Below, in pieces: positions 50,625-63,200 of a DNA stretch of 64,000 bases (position 1 is the stretch's first letter; every line of letters starts with the position of its first letter). The stretch lies in contig JAAOMT010000705.1 of NCBI GenBank assembly GCA_016748015.1, forward strand, positions 4,502 through 68,501, given 5' to 3'. The DNA is from Geosiphon pyriformis uo1 (lineage: Eukaryota > Fungi > Glomeromycota). The notes under the pieces were generated by a model. That model made no database searches, was not told the origin of the DNA, and worked only from the letters and a program-made list of their open reading frames with translations. A program made the position numbers and the translations under genes.

Positions 50625-53600
50625 TTATTTTTTTATTATATTTATTAATTAGTAAAGCCTAACTGCTATCTAGTATATAGAATCAGACTAAATAGCTCAA
50701 ATTAAATATGATTTATGTATTTACTTTATGTGATTAGTCATTTAGGCCAAACAAAACAACACTACATACTTATACTAATACTTATGTCACAATCTAAACC
50801 AGAAAAAAAAAGGCACAGTCTATGATAGCCAAAACTAACAGCAAAAGATTTAATAATAATAAGCATCTTGATTATCCTATCTGATAGCATTAATGCTAAA
50901 CTACATAACAAGCTTGACACTATACTGCTGTTTTCAACCAAACCAGTCTTTTTTATATCAACCCTAAACTTAGATCTCACCAGCCAGACTCTAGAACAAT
51001 ATAACTTCACCAAATACTTTATAAAATCAACAACAGCAGAGATGGTTTTCTTTCTATTATCAAAAATTCTGATAGCTTTTACACACTAATTCTTTAGCAC
51101 AAATCTTTTGCACATAACTACATAAGTTTTAGTATTTGACAAACAACAAGAAAACATCTGTAAAACAGTCAAAGATAACAAACTATAAACACCTACCAAA
51201 GCAACTCATTATATAAAAATCTCAGCCAAAATTTTTTCCCAAATACTGATATCCTAAACACATGTAAAAACGTAATCTGACAACTCTATTTTGCTATACA
51301 GCAAACACAATACACTAGAATATTCTTTATTATATAATTTTTTCTTAACAACTACTAATAATTATCTGTATACAGCTTTTATTAAGTATATGTAAAGACT
51401 AAATAACTTCTAACTAATAAAACCAGTAAGCATGTATAAGTCAGAGTGCCAGACTTTTGCAATAACATCTCAATTAATATTCTTAATTAATGTATTAGGA
51501 ACCATATCATGGCCCAGATTAGTTTCTCAATAAGTACAACAAACAGATCTAAAAATGTTCCTGACAAAATAGCAAGCATTATTAAATACAATAGTGTTCT
51601 TAGCAACCAAAAAACATTCACACACCCCTATTGGCAAGGAAAAAAGAGAGCCAGCAATTATACTTGTAACAGTATTGGCTTTTATATTACCACAAATCTC
51701 AGAATGGTCTTTAATCTTGATCCAATTTACTGTAAAATTCTTATTCCTAATTAAATTAACAATATGTCTTCTCTTAATTCAACATTAATTATGAAAATTT
51801 GGCTTAATAAATAACATTTTAAACACATATGTATTAATAATAGCTTGGTTTTTGAGATACAAAACCAAAGAGCAGGAAAATGAAACACACTTCAAAAACA
51901 AAACAACAACTTACAACTCAGCCAAAGTAAAAGACACAAAACCATGAACACCAATATTAATACTTATATCCAAAGCTAAAAAATATGTAGCAGCACCACT
52001 ATTAACACCAGCAGAACCAGTATTTTTCAATGACTCATTTGTGTATATCTCAAAAAAACTAAACCAAATTTTATGTAATCTATTTTGTACTTTAGCAAAC
52101 CCTTCAGAATTCAATATGTCCAAGCTAACTGGCCAAATAAACACAGGTAAATCAAGTAATAAAGAATCCTTACTATGCAAAAATTTTAACATAACCTCAA
52201 ACCAATAAAAAATAAAGCCTCTAAAATTCAATCTTTTCTACCAATGAAATGTCTTCCAATCTATCACACAGCCTTTCTTATCAAAAAATCTATTACCAAA
52301 AGTAATCTTAAAACATTTTAAAAAATAAACAAAACTAAGATACAAAACCTTTTTAAGAATAGACAACATAAGAAAAACACCAAGACTATGAAAAGCATTG
52401 GGCAAATTGTTTGTCAAAAATAGCTCATTACTTAAAAAATCTTAACTATACCAGCCAGAAAATTGTTCACAAAACTAACAAACAATTTAATAGGGAATTG
52501 CAATACACACTTAATAAGACAAAATTAAACTGAGTTCTATAACTAACAATAAGCTACAAAACAACCAACACTAAATAAGAAAACTGCTTATCTATAATAA
52601 TCTTTCTAAGCACCACATTAATAAAGAAATAGACATCAAAATGAGTTTTAATCATACTTAACTTGAACAATCTTTTAGTCAATAAAAAAATTCCCAGATA
52701 TTTGTGTATTTTATTCTTTTTGGCAATCAAAATTGGTTGACCATTGATATTCAAAGAAGCAATCTTAATATTCTAATTAATAAGAATGGCCACAGTTTTT
52801 TTAGTATTAATTAAAATATTATTGATCAAAAAAAATTCATTAGCAATATTCAAAGCATATTATACAGAAGCTTGACAATTTCCAATCCAAATTGTATTAT
52901 CCACAAATATGCCAGCTGTAAAAAAAAAAAAAAAACTACTACTATTTTTAATCCTGCCAATTTTTACCACAAACTTAGTATTAATCTAATATTCACATAA
53001 ATGCTTATGTTTTTTAACTTCATATAAGAGCAGATTGTAAAAAATTTTCTAAAAAAAAAGGGAAAAAATCTTACCTTAATCTAAATTATTATGCACTTTA
53101 TAGTCCTCTAAGAGACTGAAATTTGTTATTATCCTATTAATCCTATCACCATATATGCTGTTAAAAAATTTGATAAACTTATCATACATTTTGATCTGTT
53201 TTAAACTAGCTTTCAAATAATACCAGCCAACCTAGTTATATGTCTTATACATATTTTGCAAGACCAACCAAAGTTCCCAATTTTTCTTTAATACATCCTT
53301 AACCACCAAACCAATTGCAAATACAGGAGAATAAATAAACATATCCTTCAAAATAGAAAAGTTATTATCACAAAAAACACTACACTTGCTGTATACAGAC
53401 AAAATTCTATTAAAAAGAATCTTAAAGAAAATCTTCTTGGCAGTTTTGATTAATGCAATAGGTTAAGTGTTTATAAAAACTCTATTTCAGTTATAAAGTT
53501 TAAGGATTATTAAGACCCAAGTTCTTTTTTACAAAACAAAAACACTACCAATTGTTAAATATATATTCAACAACTCTAAAAAGCATCTTATTACTTTTTT

Positions 53601-55314
53601 TTTACTATGTTTCTATAGTTCATTAGAAATGCTAGACAAGCTTGTAACTTTGCCATTAGGCAGACTATTAACAACTAAGAGCAACTCACTTATACTAATT
53701 GCACATATTACACCAGAAAATATATTATTTTTTATGTAATCTAATAGTATATATTAGCAAGTTCAAAGATCAGACACTGTCAAAGACACATTCTGCTTTC
53801 TTGCCCAATTTTTCATAATTTTATCAATATTGAACTTTATTTCTCCCAGTTTTAAAACCAATTTATTATTTACCACCAAGTAATACAGAACTACTTTGTG
53901 AAAAGACTAATCTAAAACACTCCTAATTATACTACTTTTATCAGAACAAAACTTATCTATTTGTCTTTCAATTGTCTTCCTAATAGATACTTTTTTGGCC
54001 AATTTTAACTTATACATCTTGGACATTCTATATTTTTTCTTAACTAATGATAAATGTTTGAAAATATTTCTCAATTTCCCATTATTCTAAACTATGTTTG
54101 TTATTATAAGAGCTCTATCAGCATCTAAAGTTGACCACTTCCTTATAAGACAATTGAAACTAAGAATGTTATCTGAGTTAAACTTCTTAACAATTTTGGA
54201 AACCAATAACTCCAACCCAAAAAATTTTGAAGACTGTCTGTTCCTTAAGCACTAAAATTTACTGAATCAATATTTAGAAAATATCTTATCAGTAGACTTT
54301 ACTATCATTTTTTCTAGCAACATTCACATAGTATTCAAATTATTATGAGTCTTAGCATCAAAAATTTATTCACTACCACCAAGATTTTAGCAAAAAAACA
54401 ATTTTTAAATCACATCTACTTGATACTATTTGTATCTTTGATCTTGAATTTCTAACAATTTTTGTTAAGCTGTTTGTACAAGCTGTTTAGGCATTTGTCT
54501 AAAAGACTACCCAAACCAATTGACACCATAATAGTATTGTAATTAGTATCAAAAAAATCAGAAACAGAATTAATTTTATAACTGGCAACTGCTAATAATA
54601 ACTTTTTTGACACCTCTTAAATTGCTCTAAATAAAAGCTTTGTCCAAAGAATACTTACTAAACAAATTGACCAGGTTTAGACCCAAACAAAATTTAAAAC
54701 TCGTATTCTTTTCAGATTTATTTTCATTGAAATTCTTACCTAAGACCACAAAAGTGCTGAAGTTAACAGCTTTAGCAATAAGAAAATTGATTTTATAAGT
54801 CTGACCAAACCTAGTCTCAGAAGAAACATCAACATATAAATCCAAAACCATAACTGGAAGCTTGCTTTTGAACATAAGTTGCACCAAAATAATCCAACCA
54901 GAAATCTCCTCTACTTTAAACACATAATAAGCCAAAAAATTGTTTATAATAATAACCACCTCAGCACTAAGAAAGCTTTTTTCCAAACCAAACATGAAAA
55001 TTTGTATCTCCTCAAACTTATTTGTAATTTATGGTTTAATATTAGATCTCAACTTTGTCTCTGTAATAAAAAAAACCACATTACCTTAACTCATATGCCA
55101 ATGAACAACATTTTCTTGCTTTGCAAAGATATTAACACCCTTAATATTACATATAGCAAACTTCTAAGCCAAGTTTGTCATTGAGATAAAAAAAAAGCTA
55201 AAAAATCTGAACCAGAGCACAACCAATCTAACTTTCTCAAAACCAAGTTAACAAACACCTCCAAAACAACTATTTTTGATTCCAAACTACTTGAACCAAA
55301 CTCAAAAAACATGC
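50625..55314 (-). mobile_element. LINE (3' UTR, complete decayed ORF2, C-end of ORF1) nested in the Gypsy 3' LTR
   Basis: ORFs 54627-54995 (endonuclease), 52554-52754 (RT thumb), 51911-52231 (RNase H YTNES..AEL) and 50762-51013. ORF1 continues for 59 bp at 59189-59247. Confidence 0.88.
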
Positions 55315-56295
55315 TGTTACAGGTAATTATTTGGGGTTTGAAAACAAATAACAAATCTGTAACTTGGTGCTCAATAGTTGAATTATGTTTAGTAATTTGA
55401 AGGTTTTGGTTGTCTAAAAATTTTAGTAATTTGAAGGTTTTGGTTGAGTTCTTTGTATAATGGACAAAGATTCAATAATAATATTCTTTGATAATGTTTT
55501 TAGTTTCTTTTCAACCCTCAAATTGGTATGTTTTATTGTTTATTACTTCCCAGAATTGCAATTTTATTAATTTTTTTTTTGGCTTAATGACCAGTAATCT
55601 CCTAGTAAGCTATTTTCAATCTTGAATGTTCATCCTTATTCCTAGGTCTTTTACTAGTGCTATATTCTAATGTTAATATCCCATGTGTTAATCTTTTAAT
55701 CAATTAATAAATCTACAATAAAACAAAAAGAAAAAAAAAATTAAAGAAATAAAGAAAATAAAAAAAATAATAAACAGAAAAATAAAGAGATAAATCAAGG
55801 CAAAAAAAGTTAATATTCTGTCAATAGCCATGATCAAGAGCTATTGGTCCAAGGTAGTTAAGTATTAGATTTTATTAACATGTAATGTTAATAGTGGTGA
55901 AAGTAATTAATATTCTTAATTAAGTAATAATAACATGAATTTGATAATAATAGATAATTTTATTAATACAAAAATGATTTCACTTTAAGTTATAGAAAAC
56001 TATCTTTTGAAAAAAAGATATTGTTCTAATTTAATATAACTTCTATTGAATTTTTCTGGAATTGTTTTTTCTGTTTTTAATACTTTTGCTATATATATAT
56101 AATTTATGTTATATAAAATTCTTTGAATTTTTCAATTCTTTAGCCAGAAATCCTGGAATTTTTCATATGAAATTCTGTAATTCTGGAATTCTACAATTTC
56201 TTTAAGAAGAATTTTGGAATTTTCTATTTTACTACATCTATTCTAATTGGCTAATTTATGTACTAATATTTAATTCCTATATTCTATGAGTAATA
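55315..56295 (-). repeat. 3' LTR (family A)
   Basis: Colinear with 58141-59188; preceded on the minus strand by PPT-like aaaaaagagaataa (56296-56309). Confidence 0.9.
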
Positions 56296-56339
56296 TTATT
56301 CTCTTTTTTAATATTGAGCTTTTGTGAAATCTTTTAAAT

Positions 56340-56560
56340 TTTTTTTTTGTATCAATGTTGTTGCTGTAATTTCTATTGCTATTTTTAAATTTAATTTTAT
56401 ATGTAACTAGAATTTTTAAATATAATAATCTGTCCAAAATATCTAAGTTCAAATCTTGTATCTGTATTATATACATGTTCAAACATAATGTTTTTATTAT
56501 TATCATTGAATTTAGTTAATTTCTGCTCTATTGTAAGATCTAGAAGTGTAATATATTGTT
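56340..56560 (-). pseudogene. N-terminal dUTPase remnant
   Basis: EQKLTKFNDNNKNIMFEHVYNTDTRFELRYFG (ORF 56397-56837) parallels QLKYFNNNE.KIKPKKAHKINTEYDLQY at 39230. Confidence 0.7.
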
Positions 56561-56569
56561 TGGTGTTTG

Positions 56570-56760
56570 AAATGGAGTTTGAATTATTGTTGGCAGAGTT
56601 TAAATTATCATTGTCATTTAGTAGAATTTGAATCATTGTCATCATTAGCAAAGTTTGAATTATTGTTGTTATTAGTGAAGTTTGAATTATTGGTATTATT
56701 AATGGAATTTGAATTGTTGCTGTTATTAATAGAGTTTGAATTGGAATTAAGTTCCAATTC
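56570..56760. repeat. 24-bp tandem repeat (about 7-8 degenerate units, gagtttgaattgttgctgttatta-like)
   Basis: tttgaatt recurs with 24-bp period; encodes an N/S-rich tract on the minus strand. Confidence 0.8.
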
Positions 56761-56939
56761 CGATTTCTATTTGTTCTCACTGATTGGCTCTTTTTCGAAT
56801 ATATAACACATAAGAGTGAATTGTGACTACATTCCAATATTTTAACTTAAGGCCATCAGATAAGTTTTATTAATTAATTTGTACTGTGGAAATTAGGTTT
56901 TATTGGACTATTAAAGATAAGTTTAGTTGTATAATCACA

Positions 56940-57945
56940 GGGTTTGAAATTTATTGGACTTTGAATGTTCAGATTTTTGAATAATTTCCGAAGTTTGAAT
57001 TGCTAGAGATTTAACAAGTTTTATTAATAGTAAGTTTTTTTGTATAATAGCAGGATTGAGATTATTAAGTTTCAAATATTTGAGTTTTTGAATAATCAGG
57101 TCTTAAATAATCAGAGTTTTAATGAGTTTTAATGAGTTTATTAAAGGTAAGTTTTGAATGTTTGAAGTTTTAATAATCGGGTCTTAAATAATCAGAGTTT
57201 TAATTTAACAAGTTTTAATGAGTTTATCAATGGTAATTTTTGAATATTCAGAGTTTTAATAATCAGATTTTGAATAATTGGAGTTTTAATTTAACAAGTT
57301 TTTAACAAATTTATTAAAGATATGTTTCAAATGTTTGGAGTTTTAATGATTGGGTTTTGAATAATCAAAGTTTTTAATTTAATAAGTTTTAATGAATTTA
57401 TCAATAGTAATTTTCGAATGTTAGAGGTTTTAATAATCAGATCTTGAATAATTAGAGTTTTAATTTAACAAGTTTTTAACAAATTTATCAAAAGTAAGTT
57501 TCAAATGTTTAAGGTTTTAATAATCAGATTTTGAATAATTGGAATTTTTAATTTAACAAATTTTAACAAATTTATTAATAGTAATTTTCAAATGTTTAGG
57601 ATTTTAATGATTGGGTCTTGAATAATTAAAGTTTTAATTTAATAAGTTTTGAATGTTCAGGATTTTACTAATCGGATTTTGAATTATCAGAGTTTTTAAT
57701 TTAATAAGTTTTAACAAATTTATCAATAGTAATTTTCGAATGTTCGGGGTTTTAATGATTGAGTTTTAAATAATTAGAGTTTTAATTTACTGAGTTTATC
57801 AACAGTAATTTTCAAATATTCGGGGTTTTAATAATTGGGTCTTGAATAATTGAAGTTTTAATTTTTAATAAGTTTATCAAAGATAAGTTTTAAATGTTTG
57901 GAGTTTTAATAATTGGGTTTTGAATAATCAGAGTTTCAATTTAAC
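56940..57945. repeat. ~87-bp minisatellite array (about 11 units) built from ~15-bp subunits
   Basis: Anchor motif (g/a)t(c/t)tt(g/a)aataat recurs at about 57100, 57181, 57267, 57354, 57441, 57528 and 57615. Confidence 0.9.
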
Positions 57946-58120
57946 ATGTTTTTTAAAGATAATACCAAAATACGGATTTCACAAATTCTAAATGATTTTC
58001 TTTTGTTTTCTTTTGGTTTGCCATTTTCCTGCATGGTTGTTGCTGGTGCTGGTTCTCTGTTGAATTATACCTTACAAAGAGCACCAAATATTACAAGTGA
58101 TTTGTTTTCTGTTAGATTAT

Positions 58121-58138
58121 ATTTCACAGGAAGCACCA
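58121..58138 (-). other. Primer-binding site (TGGTGCTTCCTGTGAAAT)
   Basis: Starts 2 nt after the LTR end ..TAACA with TGG complementary to tRNA CCA. The priming tRNA is not identified. Confidence 0.75.
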
Positions 58139-58140
58139 AA

Positions 58141-59188
58141 TGTTATAGATAATTATTTGGAGTCTAAAAACAAATAACAAACCTGTAACTTGGTGTTCAA
58201 TAGCTGAATTATGTTTAATAATCTGAAGATTTTGATTGTCTAAAGATTTTGATAATCTGAAAGTTTTGGTTGAGTTTTTTGTATAATAGACAAAGATTTA
58301 ATAGTAATATTCTTTGGTAATGTTTCTAGTTTCTTCTCAACCTTTGAGTTAGTATGCTTTGTTGTCTATTACTTCCCAGAATTGCAATTCCATCAATTTT
58401 TTTTTGGCTTGATGGCCAGTAATCTCCTAGTAAGCTATCTTCAATCTTGAATGTTTACTCTTATTTCTAAATTTTTTATCAGTACTATATCCTGACATCA
58501 GTACCCTATGTATTAATCTTTTAATCAATTAGTAAATCTATAATAAAACAAAATAAAAAAATAAAAAAATAAAAAAATAAAAAAAATAAAAAAAATAATA
58601 AACAGAAAAATAAAGAGATAAGCCAAAGCAAAAAAAAGTTAGTATTTTGTCAATAGCTATAATCAAGAACTATTGGTTCAAGATAGTTAAGTATTAGATT
58701 TTATTAACATAAAGTGTTATTAATGGTAAAAATAATTAATATTTTTAATCAAGTAATAATAACATGAATTTGATGATAATGGATAATTTTATTAATAGAA
58801 GAATGATTTCACTTTAAGTTATAGAAAACTATCTTTTGAAAGAAGAGTATTGTTCTAATTTAATATAACTTCTATTAAATTCTTTAGAAATTCTTGAATT
58901 CTTCTGGAATTGCTTTTTTTGTTTTTAACTCTCTTGCTATATATATATAATTTATGTTATATGAAATTCTTTGAATTCCTCAATTTTCTAGCCAGGAATT
59001 CTAAAATTCCTGAAATCTTGTAATTTTTCAAGAGAAATTTTGGAATTTTGCAATTTTTCATATGAAATTCTGGAATTCTGCAATTTTGCAATTTTTTTAG
59101 AAGAATTTTGGAATTTTTCTATTACTATATCTATTCTGATTGGCTAATTTATGTACAAATATTTAATTTTTATATTCTATAAGTAACA
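58141..59188 (-). repeat. 5' LTR (family A)
   Basis: TGTTACTTATAG start at 59188 and TAACA end at 58141; contains CCAAT and TATA-like boxes. Confidence 0.9.
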
Positions 59189-59247
59189 ATAACTTTAACT
59201 ACCAAGAAAAAAAAAATAGGCAGTATTAATGGATTATTCATAACCAT

Positions 59248-60208
59248 TGTTACAAGTGATATGATGGGATCTCAAATCAAACAACAAACCTGTAACTTGG
59301 TGCTCAAAAGCTATTTATGACAATATAAATATCTGAAAATATTGGTGTCTGAAGGTTTTGATAGAGTTCTTTGTATAATGAACAGAAATTCAATAGTAAT
59401 AGTGTTTGCATGTTCAGTTGTTTCCCAATTTCTTTCTCAGCTTGGTGGCCGGATTTATTCTGGCAGTTGTGCCTTTTTGGTAAGCTAACCAATAATATAT
59501 ATAAATCTATCCTTATTTCTGGGTCTTTTACCAGGCTATCTATGACGTCAATAACTCAGTACTTTAATTCTTAATTAATTACTATGCAACAATGAAATCA
59601 AAGAAAAAAAGAAAATAAAGTTAAAGAAAATAAAAGAAGTAAAGAAATAAGCCAAGGCAATTTGCAAGTTAGTATTCTGTCAATAGCTGTGATCAAATAC
59701 TCAATGCTAATTTTTTTAATCAATTAGTAAACAACAAAAAAATAAAACAAAAAAAAAAATAAAAATAAGAAAAAAATAATAATTAATATCCCATTAATAG
59801 CCATAAAAAAAGCTATTAATTTATGTAATTAAGTATTGGATTCTATTAACATAAAGTATTAATAGTATAAAAATAATTAATATTTTTTAATCAATTAATA
59901 ATAACATAAATTAGATAATAATTAAATATTTTATTAATATTGATATAATTTTACTTTAAGTTATAGAAAACTATTTTTTGAAAAAAGAAGTAAAAATAAG
60001 TAGTTATTACTAGTTACTATTCTATTTGAATCAAATAAATATTTTTTTGCTTTTAATACTCTTACTATATATATATAATTTGTATTATATGAAATTTTTT
60101 AGCATCTTGCAATTCTCTAAAAAAATTCTGGAATTTTCTTTTTTATTATACTTATTTCTAATTGGCTATTTTATTTATTATTATAATTCTTAATTTCTAT
60201 AAATAATA
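59248..60208 (-). repeat. Family-A-related LTR (divergent; probable 3' LTR of another element)
   Basis: Same termini and internal blocks (acctgtaacttggtgctcaa, tttaagttatagaaaactat). A PPT-like aaaaaagtaa is adjacent at 60209-60219. Confidence 0.85.
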
Positions 60209-60219
60209 TTACTTTTTTT

Positions 60220-63200
60220 ATTTTTTTTATTTGCTTAATAAGTGAGATTCAAACACTACCTAGAACAATATATCAACCAAATAATCTAAACTAGGTGTGA
60301 ATCATGTATTTTCTACATATGACCAGCCACTCAGGCTAATCAAAACAACACAAATTGTTTATATAAACTGATACCACTTGACATAAATCTGAAAAAAACT
60401 TACAAGATTTATAAAAACTAAAACTAAATCCTAAAGCATTAGTAATACCCAATAAATTAATTATGCCAGCAGAAAGAACCAAAGAAAGCTCAGATACTGA
60501 GTCTGAAACCGACTTATCATGTGGAATAAGACCATTTTTTTTATAAAAACTTGGTATTTAACATGAGTCAACCAAACCTTCTTTCTAAATGTAAAACTAA
60601 ACTTGTGCATGAAGTCTGCAATTTTTTGACCTGTAATTTTGGGATTTTTGAAAACAGAAAAAAATTCTTGATACCAATTATTAAGAACAAAACCCTTGTA
60701 TAGAACCATATACATAGCAATATCAGAAGTGCAAGAACTCAAACACTATAAAACACATGAAAACAAACTAGACAAACCAAAAAACACTCTTCAATTAGCT
60801 GTATAGGCATCCAACAACTATACATGAGCACCAGAATTAAACAAGCAAAAAAAAGTGTAGTCAGAAACCTCAATATTCCCATAAAAGAAACACAATGCAC
60901 TCAAATAATTATTGACATACAAACACTTATGAATAGTGACAGGGAGTCAGTAATGTAAAGCTTTCATAAAATATGTGCAAGCACTAGTAGTGTCTTTACT
61001 AGTAAAGCTGGTGGCCATATGTGAATCAGAATGTTACACCAAAGATAATCTAAACCATTTAATGTCTACATGCAATCTGCTTATCACAATCCAAGAACCA
61101 AAGCCAACTTCTTAGCACATTTGACAAACAGATTGGACAAAATGCCTAGAATTACCAGAGACTACACTACTACCAACTCTGATAAAATGTTTCTTGATCT
61201 AATAAGAGAAATACTGACCAAAGAAGAAAGCAGATCCTGCCAAAGCATTAATGGTTTCATTGCCTGAAACACCTAAATGTCTCTTTACTTTGTGCCAGCT
61301 GACCTTCAAATACTTATCATAAATGACTCTCACAATATGGTGATATTCAACCCAGTATTGATTCCAAAAATCCAGATGCAACAAACTCAATTCAGACTTG
61401 TAAGCATCCAAAGCAGCTTAACTGTCTAAAAAAAAATGAACTAAACTAGAAGGCAGAACACACTTAAGTGTTAGAACAATAGTTTGCAATTTTATTATTG
61501 TTGAAGACACCAAATCTAAAACTCCAACACCCAGGCCCAAATTGATATTCTCAAAAAAAACAGCTGCACTAGTTTTCATATTAGCAATTCTCAAACTGCA
61601 TAGAGATCCATCCATATAAACAGAAAAAGAACCAGCACTAACACCCAACAAATAGTCATAAATGATCCTAAAATTATCAGATTCAAGAATGTTTAATAAA
61701 CCTACACTCCCTAGAAGAAGAAAGCTAGTAGAAAAAGGAGCTGAACTATTAAGAAAATGAATAAAAAGGTTAAACCAGTCAGGAACAGGACTATATGGGC
61801 TCAATCTTTTCTAATGCTTAAATGTTTTCCAATCAAAAATTTCACCATTCTAGTTACAAAGCTGTTCTGCAAAAGCAATTCCATACTGCTAAAATGAAAA
61901 AGCACATTTATAAAATTTTAACACATCAAGAACAAGTAATATAGAAGTTCTATTTCGAAAACAAAAAGCATTGGTTATAAAACCACCCAAAGACAGATTA
62001 CACTCCAGAAAAATACAGCTATGTTAGCTAAAAAATTGTTCAAAGGATTGATATTCACACAAACCAAAGACATCAAAGGGTAACATAGAAGCCAGCTAAG
62101 AACCTAAAAATTATGTGACTTATGTGCAAACAAATAGCCCAAAATCCCGGTTGAATTAGCAAAGCAAACTATGAAAGCCAACTTGTCCTTAGCCTGAATT
62201 TGTTCAAAAGACTTCAAACCATAGAGAAAAGAGTAATGAAGCACATTGTTGAGAAAATTACAAAGAAAACCAGATTTGAACTTCAAACCCTTGTGAATCA
62301 AAGTATCCCACTTATTATACAAACTAACAGGAATGTAATTGAACTGAGTTTTGTAACCAATAATTAGATAAAAAACCACTAAAACCAAATACAAAAATTG
62401 TTTGTCAGAGACTGTCTTCTTTAAAACCAAATTGGTAAAGAACCAGACATTTAAATGTGCTTTAGTCAAGCTAGGCTTTGACAAGCCCTTAGAAGACAAA
62501 AATATATCCAAATAGCAATGAAATTCCCTCTGTTTGGTAATAGAAATAAGTGCTCCACTGACTAACAAAGAAAGATTTGTAACTCTGTAGTTGATAGGGA
62601 TTGCCACAGTCTTATTATTATTTATAGAAATGTTATTGATTTTAAAAAACCCACTGGCAATATTAAGAATATGTTATACAGCAGTCTGACTATTACCAAC
62701 CCAAATCATGTCATTAACAAAAGCACCAGCAGCTAAAAACAAGATTAGCCCAGCCTAAAATTCTACATGCCCAGTTCTTAAAACAAAATGAGAATTCAAC
62801 TTATAACTACACAAACTCTACTGTTTTTTGACTTTATACAGAAGTAAATCATAAAATATGCACCAAAAAAAAGATGAAAAAACTTCTCCCTGATCCAACT
62901 TATCATGAACTTAATATCAATCAATTAGACCAAAATCAGTTATAACCCAGTTAACATAATTATTATGAATGCTACCAAAAAATTTAATAAACCTGTTGCA
63001 CATTTTGATCTGAACCAAACTCTTCTTAAAATTCTTCCATTCAACAAAATCATAAGTCTTACACATGTCTTGCAAAACCAGCCACAATTTTTGGTTCTTT
63101 TTTAAGGCATCTTCAATCATTGAACCAATAACAAAAATGGGAGACTGTATAGTTATACTTTTTAAAACAGAAAAATTGTCACCTCTAAGAACATCAAATT

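Larger units (their letters stand above)
55315..59188 (-). mobile_element. Non-autonomous LTR retrotransposon (family-A LTRs, 3.87 kb, no PR/RT/INT)
   Basis: Two ~1-kb direct repeats with TG..CA-type ends, a PBS after the 5' LTR and a PPT before the 3' LTR. The 1.85-kb interior holds tandem repeats and a dUTPase N-terminal remnant. The 4-bp TSD is only a 2/4 match (atgc/ataa). Confidence 0.85.

Noticed and set aside
56940-57945. CRISPR array or DGR-like repeat next to RT genes
   Set aside because: Units are contiguous degenerate repeats without unique spacers. There are no cas genes or TR/VR pair, and the RTs are LINE and Gypsy type.
60240-60340. Pol III A-box/B-box (tRNA-derived) in the LINE 3' UTR (tagcctgagtgg ... 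gtttgaatc)
   Set aside because: The B-box-like motif is absent from the other subfamily's 3' UTRs and no cloverleaf can be drawn.
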